NCBI GenBank assembly: GCA_035651475.1
Contig: DASRFP010000002.1
Span: 46,597-110,596 of the forward strand
Direction of reading: 5' to 3'
Length of the DNA: 64,000 bases
From: Terriglobales bacterium
GTDB taxonomy: Bacteria > Acidobacteriota > Terriglobia > Terriglobales > Acidobacteriaceae
Of the stretch, positions 36,139 through 45,900 are shown in pieces. Every line of letters begins with the position of its first letter. Position 1 is the first letter of the stretch. A model generated the notes under the pieces. That model was not told where the DNA came from and searched no databases. It was given only the letters and a program-made list of their open reading frames with translations. A program made the position numbers and the translations under genes.

Positions 36139-36957
36139 TTAATGGGACGCTCTGAGCTCGACCCTGATCGCCTCCGCGATTTCCGGCATCTTCGCCGCGG
36201 GCGCAACCACGATTCCGCTCTCCTGCATCATTTCCAGCGCAAAATTCATTTCATCGCTGCGCGGAAGATCGTCATCTACGAGAGCCGTCATCCAGGCGGT
36301 CACACCTTTTTTTTCTTTCAAGCCTGCCGCTATCTGCGGGAAGCGTGACGCTAAAAGCATTCCCGGTTCAGTACGCTGGGCGAAAGATACTGCTTGCAAG
36401 AACTTGAATGACTGTCCGCTCGCATAACCGAAATCGAGCTTCAGCGGATCGCCCGGTCGCGTGTATTCGGCCATGGATATATTCCGCAGGAGAAGTGGCA
36501 AAACTCCCGCTGTCTCTAGTTCATCCGTCATATACGCAAGAATTCGTTGCCTTCCGCTGCGCTCACGTCTTTCGCCGATCGTCGGCGTTTCCAAATACAT
36601 GGAGCTGAGTCTCTCCAGTTCTTTCGCAGGTGACTCACCCAAAGACCCCTGCAATGGTTGGAACTGAACCAGGTTCGACCACGCGTCGTTCATCCGTTTC
36701 AGCAACTCGGCTCTCTTTTGTGGGTCCTGTAAATCCCGCTGAATCTCGCGCTCGAGCGCTGCTAGCTCATCCGTATCCACCAACGGGTCAAAGCAGTGCA
36801 GCCGCCTTAGATTCCGCGTGAAGCGTACGTCGGCGAATCCGCCGGCTTGCCCGTGCTCAGGCCCAATTACCGCCACGCCGAGATTGATGCTCTCGCCTTT
36901 GGTGATGTCCCCTGCATAACGCAGCAGGAAGAATTCGAGTTGTTGTAAGGCAGCCAT
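36139..36957 (-). CDS. DUF3037-domain protein with an extra C-terminal domain
   Basis: The N-terminus LEFFLLRYAGDITKGESINLGVAVIGPE...DVRFTRNLRRLHCFDP matches my recollection of the DUF3037 signature (..lRyvPd..rgEfiNvGvvl..). At 272 aa it is longer than the minimal family. Confidence 0.6.
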   Translation of the reverse strand: MAALQQLEFFLLRYAGDITKGESINLGVAVIGPEHGQAGGFADVRFTRNLRRLHCFDPLVDTDELAALEREIQRDLQDPQKRAELLKRMNDAWSNLVQFQPLQGSLGESPAKELERLSSMYLETPTIGERRERSGRQRILAYMTDELETAGVLPLLLRNISMAEYTRPGDPLKLDFGYASGQSFKFLQAVSFAQRTEPGMLLASRFPQIAAGLKEKKGVTAWMTALVDDDLPRSDEMNFALEMMQESGIVVAPAAKMPEIAEAIRVELRASH

Positions 36958-36987
36958 CAGTCGCTCAGCCTTCAGCCTCCGCCACCG

Positions 36988-37077
36988 TTGTCATTCCGAG
37001 AACCTTTAAATCCGAGGAATCTGCATTCCTGTGGGCAACTACAGATTCCTCATCGCTAAAGCGATTCGGAACGACAT
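36988..37077. repeat. MITE-like element, copy 5 (between the DUF3037 and kinase genes)
   Basis: TTGTCATTCCGAG...TCCGAGGAATCTGCATTCCTGTGGGCAACTACAGATTCCTCATCGCTAAAGCGATTCGGAACGACAT. Confidence 0.65.
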
Positions 37078-37102
37078 TCACAAAGGGAACCGCTCCACAA
37101 CG

Positions 37103-37948
37103 CTAATTCTCTATCCACCCCGGAAACGGGTTCCTGACCGAGACTCGAAAACAATTGATTAGCTCCCGGACTCTGGCCCTACGCCGTAATAGCTCTGACC
37201 CAAGTTTTTCGAGCGCTCCCAAGTCACTTCCGTACCACTCCGGCGGAATCTGTTCTGTCTGACTCCAGACATCCTTCTCGCAAAAATTCTCGATTCGCGA
37301 GAGCCAGGGCTCAAACGACTTCCAACCTTTCACCCGCGCGTAAGCTTCGTTTCGCGCGAACACCCCGCGCAATGGATAATCCGGAAACGACCATTCTCCC
37401 GCGTTGAAGCAGTAACCCTGATCGATAAACGTCGCTGTGTATTTGCGTTCGCGACCCTTGCGCCAGAACGCGGCCTGGCGCCCGTTGGCATTTCCTGTCC
37501 ACTTGTCGAGTGCTAACATGCCGGCGAATGCGTCAATGTTTCGCAACCGATCAAATAGCTCAATTGGCAACCAGTCGAGCACCCGGCCTTCTTTCGGATC
37601 GACAACATACCGCGATCCAAACTGCAGGCCCGGCTCGCAAGCGATCACATTACCCGACAATTGAATATTCAACTCCGGCGAATGCTTAATCAGCCACTCG
37701 CCGACGTCTACGACGTCCGTCACCGGGACTGGCAAACCGACGCGCTCTGCGAACCGTGTCGCCAATAACTCGTTCGCCAGAACACGCAGGTGCTGCGGGT
37801 TGTTGCGGAATTTGACCACATAATAATGATGGTCAGAGCAGAGCATTAAATGGCTCTGCGCGCCACCTCGCATCCTGCGAACGTGTTGGACGGCCGTAAG
37901 GGGCAAAACTTGGTTCGACCAATGCCTGTCATCCGGGATCAAGTACAT
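37103..37948 (-). CDS. HipA-like (HipA_2-type) putative Ser/Thr kinase
   Basis: ATG at 37948 (MYLIPDD..). Segments RGGAQSHLMLCSDHHYYVVKFRNNPQHLRVLANELLATRFAERVGLPVP, LDKWTGNANGRQ and TFIDQGYCFN match the nucleotide-binding, catalytic-loop and DxG-like regions of HipA-family kinases as I recall them. It pairs with a DUF3037 gene. Confidence 0.6.
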   Translation of the reverse strand: MYLIPDDRHWSNQVLPLTAVQHVRRMRGGAQSHLMLCSDHHYYVVKFRNNPQHLRVLANELLATRFAERVGLPVPVTDVVDVGEWLIKHSPELNIQLSGNVIACEPGLQFGSRYVVDPKEGRVLDWLPIELFDRLRNIDAFAGMLALDKWTGNANGRQAAFWRKGRERKYTATFIDQGYCFNAGEWSFPDYPLRGVFARNEAYARVKGWKSFEPWLSRIENFCEKDVWSQTEQIPPEWYGSDLGALEKLGSELLRRRARVRELINCFRVSVRNPFPGWIEN

Positions 37949-38086
37949 AGGTCCTTCGACCAGGCATACGGACTCGCACGCGGGTCCGCGTCCTCGGCTC
38001 ACGATGACAGGAAAGGAATATTACTGAATTCCATTTCGGAACTCTGTGACGGATGAACATCTTCAGGCTGTGGATTTTGCGCCCCG

Positions 38087-39124
38087 CTATTTGCCTACTT
38101 TGGTTGAAGATCTATCCGTGATTACCACCTCGCGAATTGCGATTACGACAGCTTCTGGTGCGTACAACTGAATTTCGTGCCCGGAATTGGGGACTGTTAC
38201 CTGCTTGCCACGACTTGATAGTTCAGCCATACGCGCCTGCTGACTTTTATGTTCTTGAACAAGCATCGCGCCATTCGGCCCTGGATAGTCAAATTCGCCT
38301 CGTGAGAGAACGATTAGAGGCACATTGCCAAGTGGGTTCTTTTTTGCTTTGCTCTCCGCGTACATTCTCGCTGAAATTTCTGGCATGTAATTGTCATCGT
38401 CGGCGTAGTATTTCGGTTGCCGAACCGCCTACAAACGAACGTGTTGGGCAAATTCCGGCAGTTTGTCGTAAGGCGTTTCAATCTTTGGAGGAGGCATTTG
38501 TTTAAGCAAATCTTTTATCTTCGTCAACTCCTCAGAAGAAAGTTCGTCGGTACTGCTCACGGACGTTCGAGGCGAGGGAATCGGTCGATTTTTCGAAAGC
38601 AGACGCATCCGCTTCATCTCGCCATTGACTGAGAGTTGGGCATCTTCGCTATAGGCATCCACCAGTACAACTCCCACAACTTCCTCCGAATATCGTTCTG
38701 CGAAAATGCGAGCAATCATTCCTCCGAGCGATTGGCCAACGACTACGTAGGGCCCATGCTCGCCAGCAGCCGCTAGTAGACGATGTAGATCAAATGCTTC
38801 CTGATCCATGCTCCTCGGTTTGGGTCCAAGATCGCTCCAAGCAGCTCCACTCCGGTCGTAGGAGCAAACGCGCGTATACGCCGCCACCTTGGGTTGCACC
38901 AGGGCCCAGTCCGTTGAGAACGCGCCGCCGCCAGCCGATAACACAACCGTCGGTTTGCCTTTTCCCGTGCAGTCGATGTGCAGACTATACCCGCCCAGGT
39001 CAACCATGCGGCCAGTCAGAGGCGGGGCTAGTTCGTCATGTCCTCGAACAGAAGCCGCACTCGCGAGCCAGCCTGAACCCAGCACTATCCAAGCCCAAAA
39101 GGCTGCAATCAAGACAGAGTTCAT
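38087..39124 (-). pseudogene. secreted alpha/beta hydrolase interrupted by an in-frame TAG
   Basis: ORFs 38429..39160 and 38087..38386 are in the same frame: ..EFAQHVRL-TAG(38431-38429)-AVRQPKYYADDDNYMPEISARMY... The nucleophile elbow GQSLGG is in the upstream part and the catalytic-His context NSGHEIQ is in the downstream part. The signal peptide starts at ATG 39124. The gene is visibly more AT-rich than its neighbours. Confidence 0.7.
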
Positions 39125-39162
39125 GCGTTGAATCTTAACAATGAACTGTTGAAGACACATCC

Positions 39163-40668
39163 TTACTTATATGCACTCCGCGCGACTGCCTCCCGCCCAG
39201 CCAGCGCAACCGCCATGGCCATCACGCAATCGTCATGGCTGCCCGAGGTGCTTCCCGAACTGCCATTCACGCGGCGAATGAACGTCCGGCATTCGGCCAA
39301 AAGCCTGGAACTTTGAAACAGCTCGGGCTTGACGGACAAGATCGCCGCCAGGTTCTCGATCATCGCAGGTTTCGTCACCGCCGAAGTCAGCCAGCCATCC
39401 TGATCCCCATCCCGAAATACGTTTTGATATCCAGCTGCGCGGAGGTTTGCCAGCACGCCATGCCCGTGGTTGTTTCGCTCAATCACCAGCAGCGCATCGT
39501 TATACATGCGCGCCAGCTCGATCAACTTGGCCGCTAGCTCGCGCGGAGAATAGTGCCCATGCAACTCCGCGCATTGCATAGTAGTTTGGCGGTCAATAAC
39601 CTGCGCGCAGGCATAGTCGCCGTCGGTCCCACCGCCGGCCGGATCGACTCCGATAATGTATTGCCGTGTGCGACGTGCTTCGAGCCATATCGTCAGGCGG
39701 CCGTTATCGCGAACGATCGTTGCCGGAGACAAATATTGGAGCGCCCGATCGATCACCTCGAGTTCGAACACGCATTCTCCAGAAGCGCGAAAGCACGAGA
39801 CTGGATCTTCCGCATATTCCTGCGCGGCAAGTCCTCGCAACTGCGCGCGATTCGTTCTGCGCCAGGCGATCTGCGCGTCGCTCAATCCAACTCGGCGGAC
39901 GAGCTCTTCTTCTTCCGGCGTGAGCGGATGAACCTGAAGTAATCGCGTCTTGTCGCGATACTCATCGTCATACCACCAGGGAAAAAAGTGTCGTGTATAT
40001 CCCGTTTCATTCGCGTGTTGCCACTCTTCATAGAAAATTCCAGCCGCGCCATTTGGCGTTGACTCCAGAACAATGTCACCGTCATTAGGTACCGCAGCTC
40101 GCAGCGATGCCAACGCCTCCTCCGGTTCGTGCAGCCAGCGGGCGACCTCCGAGCAATGCAAATTGTGGATGGTCAGCCCGCGGCCTGCATTTACGTCCGC
40201 TGCGGTGGCCACTCGATATTCGCTATCGAGGCGGGGGAACACCATTTGGCGGACGTTGGCGCGTGAGCGGATGAGCGCGCCGCGTCTCATCGCTTGGGGC
40301 AGGTTCTCCCAGAAGCGATGCACAATCTTGAAAATCTCTTCCGCTGATTCCTGGTCATGCGCGACCTGCACGGTCATCGTTCCCGGCCGCGTAATCGTTT
40401 GGATAAAGAATCGCGCGGCAATATAGGTGGTGATCCCCATTTGCCGCGCCTTTACCACGATGTTGCGATTCGAGCAGCTTTGCGAAAACTCCCGCTGCGC
40501 GCGATTCAGTTGCAAACTGACTAAGCCACGCGCCTTGCTGCGTACCCGCAACAAACTACCGATAAGAAAATCGCGGACAGTGATGCGAGAGAAGCCTACG
40601 CGATGCGCGGAACTTTCTGCATCAAGCCGCTTGCCGAACTCCTGCAGCACCACCAGGTCATGGGTCAA
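39163..40668 (-). CDS. phage terminase large subunit
   Basis: ATPase motifs VVKARQMGITTY (Walker A-like) and IHNLHCSEVARW (Walker B-like). The RNase-H-like nuclease half has IIGVDPAGGGTDGDY, LVIERNNHGHG and SHDDCVMAMAVAL. Confidence 0.8.
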   Translation of the reverse strand: MTHDLVVLQEFGKRLDAESSAHRVGFSRITVRDFLIGSLLRVRSKARGLVSLQLNRAQREFSQSCSNRNIVVKARQMGITTYIAARFFIQTITRPGTMTVQVAHDQESAEEIFKIVHRFWENLPQAMRRGALIRSRANVRQMVFPRLDSEYRVATAADVNAGRGLTIHNLHCSEVARWLHEPEEALASLRAAVPNDGDIVLESTPNGAAGIFYEEWQHANETGYTRHFFPWWYDDEYRDKTRLLQVHPLTPEEEELVRRVGLSDAQIAWRRTNRAQLRGLAAQEYAEDPVSCFRASGECVFELEVIDRALQYLSPATIVRDNGRLTIWLEARRTRQYIIGVDPAGGGTDGDYACAQVIDRQTTMQCAELHGHYSPRELAAKLIELARMYNDALLVIERNNHGHGVLANLRAAGYQNVFRDGDQDGWLTSAVTKPAMIENLAAILSVKPELFQSSRLLAECRTFIRRVNGSSGSTSGSHDDCVMAMAVALAGREAVARSAYK

Positions 40669-40688
40669 CGTATGCCGTCAGTCTTTCG

Positions 40689-42929
40689 CTATTTCGCCCT
40701 GCCCGTGCTTTCGGGGACCAGAGCGTACGCACCGATTTCCCAGTTGCTACCGAATAGTGTCTGGTCGATACCCAGTAAGTCATACTTAAATTCGGTGCTA
40801 AGTGTCCCACCCGAATCAGTCAGCGGCGACTGTACCGTCGGACGCAGATCTAGCGGCGGTCCCGCAACTGAATCTGCATAGTAGGTCGTGCCGGAGTTCT
40901 GCTGCGTGCTCAGCAGGTAGTTGACAAGCTGGGTATTTGTCATCAAGGCTGCGCCGGATTGCTTCAACGTGTCGAGCATTACTTCAACCTGGTGCGCCGG
41001 CAACTCGTTCACGTGCCAAAAAATTCCGATTGGAAGACCCCAAACTGCGGACTTGAAAACGAGAGCGCGCAACTTGTTCGCTAGTTGCGCATCAGTCAGG
41101 TTCTGAAAGTTCGGCGCAATTCCCTGGCTTAGAATGTTCTGCACATTAACGCCGCTGCTCATGACCGTGTCTGCATCGGGCGACGGACGCATTACGCCTG
41201 ATCCGCGTGCGCCTGCATAGCCCGCGGCGACCGCAATCGCTTCTGTCGAAGTATCTTCATAGCTTCCGGGATAAACATAAACTCGATTTGCAGGCAGGCC
41301 GGTCAAATTCGCGCTCATCCACGCCATCGCCCAGTTGAGTTCGTCCGTCATCAGCCGCGTCTTGTCCATCTGTAGCGTGTAAGGCGTGCTTGTGATGTCG
41401 GTCGGCGCAACGTCAGCCAGGTCTTCGCTTTTGACTGCGCTTTTCATGTTCGGATCGAGATCCACAGAAAACACGCCGCGTTGCTGCAAGGTGAAGACGA
41501 TGCCGCCCAGGGTGTCGAGTCCGCTTGGGACAATGTCCGTCCCTGAAGACGTCAGGTCCCAGTTCACCTGAGCTGATGGATCCCCCGGCGCCGTTATTAC
41601 GAGATGTTTACTCGATATCGACAACGTAACGCTGCTCGCCGCCGTTCCCGTGTACTGAAGCGTGAACGCATTCGGAAATACGAAGTATTGGTGTGATACG
41701 GAGTGCGTGTTTACGTCCCAGCCTGCATTGATCCACGATTGGAAAGTCGGCACCAGTTGCTGTGAAAGCGGATATCCCGTTACTACTGCAATACTGAGCG
41801 GGAAACTCTTCTGCTGAAACATGGGCAGCAGCGCCTCAATGTATTGGTGCGATCCATCTATTAGCCCAGGATCGTCATATGTCACCGTAATTCGCGCAGG
41901 ATATTGCATGAAGCCGCGCACATTTGGAGGAGTATCGGCGGGGATATTGTTGCCGCCGTCGATCGGCCCCGGCGTTCCGGAAATGTCAGTCGAAACTCCA
42001 GTTGCGATGTTGTTTGCATAAAAATGACAGTATGAGTACGTCACCGCGCCAGTGTTGTCCACTAACGCATAGGTTCGGTTCGCGTAAGCACGGCAATTCT
42101 TTAGCTCGATCTGAGACGCTGGGTTGTCGAAGTGATATCCAACGTAGTTCCGGTGCGCGTCGGTGTTGTAGAGATGAATGTTTCCCGGGTTGCTGCTCGA
42201 GTGAACGTAGAACCCGATCGGCACAGTTGCGTTCGGCACCTGGCTATCGGCAAGCATGTTTGCCAACCATATGTAATCGCTGTTTCCCTGGATCTGAACG
42301 CCGTAGCTGTCGTACCAATCGAGCTTGATGTGCTGAATTTCGATATAACTGACGCTATTAATGTTGATCAGCGATTGCCCGCTCAAAATAATCGGCGTGA
42401 CTGCCCCGTAAGCAGTGACAGGATTGCCGCCGGATGAATACACGTAGAGGTCTTGCGTGCCGCTGTCGTAATACCAATCGCGATTGTGCGCCAGTGCGGC
42501 CTGCGAGATCTGCAAGTTTCCCCAGATGCTTCCAAATTGCACGAACTTGAGTTGCGAAATGGCCTGCGCCGCGCTGAGAGTAATCTGCCAGACGCTTCCA
42601 AGTGTGTTCGTCCATTGCGCACTGGTTGTCACGTACCGGCCCGTAAACTCGGGCGGTTGTCCGTTGCCGTAAGCATCGAATTTGATCAAATTCCCTGCTG
42701 TTCCACTGGAGGGTGGAGTAAGCCACTCATTCCATATTGCATCGCGTTTGAACAGAATCACGTCACCCGGCGAGAACGTCGATATTCCCACTTTGAGCAA
42801 CGTGCGCCACGGCGTCTGTGGAGACAGCCCGTCGTTTCCATTCGAGCCTGCCGGATCCACGTAATACGTCGTGGCGCTCGCGCCTGCGCAGAGAAACACG
42901 ATCGCCAGCAGCCAACGGCTTGCGTTCAC
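40689..42929 (-). CDS. secreted right-handed beta-helix protein fused to a polysaccharide deacetylase (NodB-like) domain
   Basis: Signal peptide MNASRWLLAIVFLCAGASA, then TTYYVDPAGSNGNDGLSPQTPWRTL..PGDVILF, typical of pectate-lyase-fold proteins. A central ITVTYDDPG...NTHSVSHQ segment resembles the NodB motifs. It lies 20 nt upstream of the terminase gene. Confidence 0.6.
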   Translation of the reverse strand: MNASRWLLAIVFLCAGASATTYYVDPAGSNGNDGLSPQTPWRTLLKVGISTFSPGDVILFKRDAIWNEWLTPPSSGTAGNLIKFDAYGNGQPPEFTGRYVTTSAQWTNTLGSVWQITLSAAQAISQLKFVQFGSIWGNLQISQAALAHNRDWYYDSGTQDLYVYSSGGNPVTAYGAVTPIILSGQSLININSVSYIEIQHIKLDWYDSYGVQIQGNSDYIWLANMLADSQVPNATVPIGFYVHSSSNPGNIHLYNTDAHRNYVGYHFDNPASQIELKNCRAYANRTYALVDNTGAVTYSYCHFYANNIATGVSTDISGTPGPIDGGNNIPADTPPNVRGFMQYPARITVTYDDPGLIDGSHQYIEALLPMFQQKSFPLSIAVVTGYPLSQQLVPTFQSWINAGWDVNTHSVSHQYFVFPNAFTLQYTGTAASSVTLSISSKHLVITAPGDPSAQVNWDLTSSGTDIVPSGLDTLGGIVFTLQQRGVFSVDLDPNMKSAVKSEDLADVAPTDITSTPYTLQMDKTRLMTDELNWAMAWMSANLTGLPANRVYVYPGSYEDTSTEAIAVAAGYAGARGSGVMRPSPDADTVMSSGVNVQNILSQGIAPNFQNLTDAQLANKLRALVFKSAVWGLPIGIFWHVNELPAHQVEVMLDTLKQSGAALMTNTQLVNYLLSTQQNSGTTYYADSVAGPPLDLRPTVQSPLTDSGGTLSTEFKYDLLGIDQTLFGSNWEIGAYALVPESTGRAK

Positions 42930-42965
42930 AAGAGCTCCTGATTTGACTTGAATTAATCGAATCGA

Positions 42966-45900
42966 CTACTGCACGCGTCTGTAGGTGATGTATAGCGCGT
43001 ATGTCCCCGTTCCGGTCGTACACGCGGTGTAACTAGTCGAATACGTGAGATTGTTGCTTTGCGAATTGTTCCAGATCGTCATCGCCGCTTCTCCAAAATT
43101 GGCGGTGCTTCCTAGTGCAACCGAGCCGCTGGTTACTCCTGAACCTTGCAGCGGAACTGTCATGGTCCGCGCGCCGGTGCGGTCGCCCCAGCCAATGGTC
43201 ACCGAAACCGCCGCCGATCCCGGTGACGAACACGCCGCATCCGACTCGAGATAAACATTGATTGCATACTCGCCGACGGTGGCTCCGCCGAGCAGGTTCG
43301 TGGTCGTGATCGCAGCGGTTTGTTCGGTCAAATTTACTGGCCCACCGGAGGTATTCGCGCTTCCCTGCAAGAGCAGCGCCGGCGTGTACAACGCGGTGCC
43401 AAAATACCCCGTCGCAGGACGGAAATTAACATCCCCGAGTGAGTAGGCATTATCAAGGAAGGGTTTTAGCTCCGAAGCCGAGTTGATTCCCCAGCGAATA
43501 CCCGAGCCGATCCAAAATCCGATGCCGGGCTGCTGCGTGTAATCCGGCCCGGCGATTTCATTCTTTATAACGAAATATCCGTCGCTCTGGTCCCAGGTAA
43601 GTGCGGTACGTTCCCAATCTGTGGCGCTGTTCCAGGCTCGATATACGCGAAACGTTTGCGGATTTGTGCTATTTACTTCCTCCAGAGTGTTCTGTGAGTT
43701 CGTGCCGCCGGTGTCCTGGTTGAAAACATTCGTCAGCCCAAGCTGCACGGCTTGACCGGCATTATCGATCGCTTTGGCGCAATGACATGTTGAATCGAAC
43801 CAGAAGATGCCGTAGTTCGGAATTCCGGTTGGCGCAGTTGTCTCAGCAAGCTGAATTTGATCGGCCGTGCTGCAGTTCGCATTGCCGTTCGCCTGAATTC
43901 CGGTCGCGAAACTTCCGCTGCATTGAGTGGGAATTTGTGCCAGCGCCTCGGCCGTGGGCACATTGCCAGTGGTGTCGAGTTTCGCAACCTCGAGCAGCGG
44001 CCCTCCGTTTTCAGAAACTTGCAATTTTCCGCTGGTTCCGAATCCGATCAGTGACTGCCCCGAACTCGCGGGACTCAAAGATCCGAATCCGGTTTGCGTC
44101 ATCCAGGGGCCTGTTCCTGAAGCGACGAACGCGCTCGCCTGGGTTGCTCCTGTCACCGTCAGCGCCGAATCCATCTGCACATTAGTTTTAAATTCTTTCA
44201 GGCTGCTGCTAAGACGCTCCAGCCAGCTTGTTCCGTCCCCGACGTTTCCGATGTAGTTTGAAAGTGAAAGCGGAGCGCCAAAGCTAATGCCGATATCCGC
44301 CGGGTTGCCATCGCCGCGGTCGTATCCGATGAATGCGTCGTTGGCATCGTTCGTCGGACGATTATTCTGCGACGCGATCGTCTTCTGAAAGTTTGAGTCC
44401 GAAAGAGTAATGATGTGACTTGGTCCCGATCCAAGCGTCGGGAAGTTCAACCGTCCTTTTAAGTTCAATGCCAGCCCACCATCTGCATTCGGCTTGGCAG
44501 CGAGCAACAACGCTCCTTGTTGATAGAAACTGCCTGGGGCCATGGCGGTATAGCAGCTTAGCCATATCGGCGTCCATCCTGACATGGAATCGCAATTGTT
44601 GGCGATAACTGAAGGTTGCGCCATCCCAGCAACCCCGACAATATCGCTCGGCGTATTCTGCAACCAGGCACGTGCGGGACTCAATGGCGAGTTGGCATCC
44701 GCAGAGGCGGCCAATACTAGAGAACCTGGCCAGAACGTCAGCAATGGGAAATAACTTGGAACCGCGACTGTGTAGCTTTGCAGCGCGGCTTGAGTATCCA
44801 TAAAGGTGCACACGCCACTCGAGCAGGCCGAGGAACGCAAGACGCCGGCCAGCACTGCGAAGTTTCCGGTGCCAAACGGCGCTTGCTCTAAGCCGGTATT
44901 CGTCACTCGTAGAAGGTCAAACGAAGTGGCGCCCGCAATGTCGGGAGCCGTGACGGTAATGCTTCCCGTCCCATTCGTCAGCGCGCGTCCCGCATATAGC
45001 GCATTGCTTGCGCCATAGCTGGTATTGTGTGCGACCACGTAATAGCGGTAATCAGTCGTTCCCGTATTCACAAACAGCGGCACCACTCCGCTTGGAGCTT
45101 CGCCGCCGGAAATTCTGACCGAGTTCCCCTGCATAATCACGCCCGCTTCACCGAGGTTGCCCAGCGGATTCGTGCAGCTTCCTACTTCTTCATAAATGTT
45201 ATCGAGATCGAGTCCGCCGTAGCCGCCGCGCCTGGTGCCACCGCGCACGCCATATTGTGCATAGCCTTGAATCACGCTGTCTGAGATCCTCAGCGTGTTC
45301 CCGCTTTCCCAGTCCACGCCGTTGCCATTGCACTGCAATGAGATGTTCAGGTTCTTCAGCCATCCCACAGCGGAAAAAACGTTGAATGGACCGGGCGCAT
45401 AGACCGCTGCCCCGCAATAGGTACTGTCGCATCGCAGGCCACCCCCGATCGTGGTATCCAGTCCATCGAGCAGGAATGCCTGATCGTCATCCACCTGCAC
45501 GTACGTGCCGAATGTGCCCCCTGAATATGGCACTCGAGTTTCGACATTCATCAACCGGCTCTTCTGCGCATTAACTTCTATGAAGGGCGCCGTTGCACCA
45601 GCAACCGCCGCGCGTCCGCGAGGGTTCACCAGAGTGATGTCTTCAAAGAGATTGGAATTGGAACTATCTCCAACGAAGATGCAGGTGTCGTTCATCCAAC
45701 ATTCGACGATCGATCCAGTGAAATCTACCGTGATGTTCGAGGCACGAATTGCAATTCGTGCATAAGCTTTGAACTCGCCCGGAGGCACGATTACTTTTCC
45801 TGACTGTGAGGTCCCAGTTGGATTCGACGGCGTGAAGCGTGCCGCAATCAGCGCCTCTTGCAATCCGCCGGACGCGCTTGCGACCGTGTAACCTGCCGAG

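Noticed and set aside
38429-38431. In-frame TAG in the hydrolase as programmed recoding (pyrrolysine or suppressor read-through)
   Set aside because: No pyl genes or suppressor tRNA are visible. The surrounding cargo island shows other decay (the GIY-YIG remnant). A simple TGG to TAG nonsense mutation is more parsimonious. It remains listed as a finding because it can be tested.
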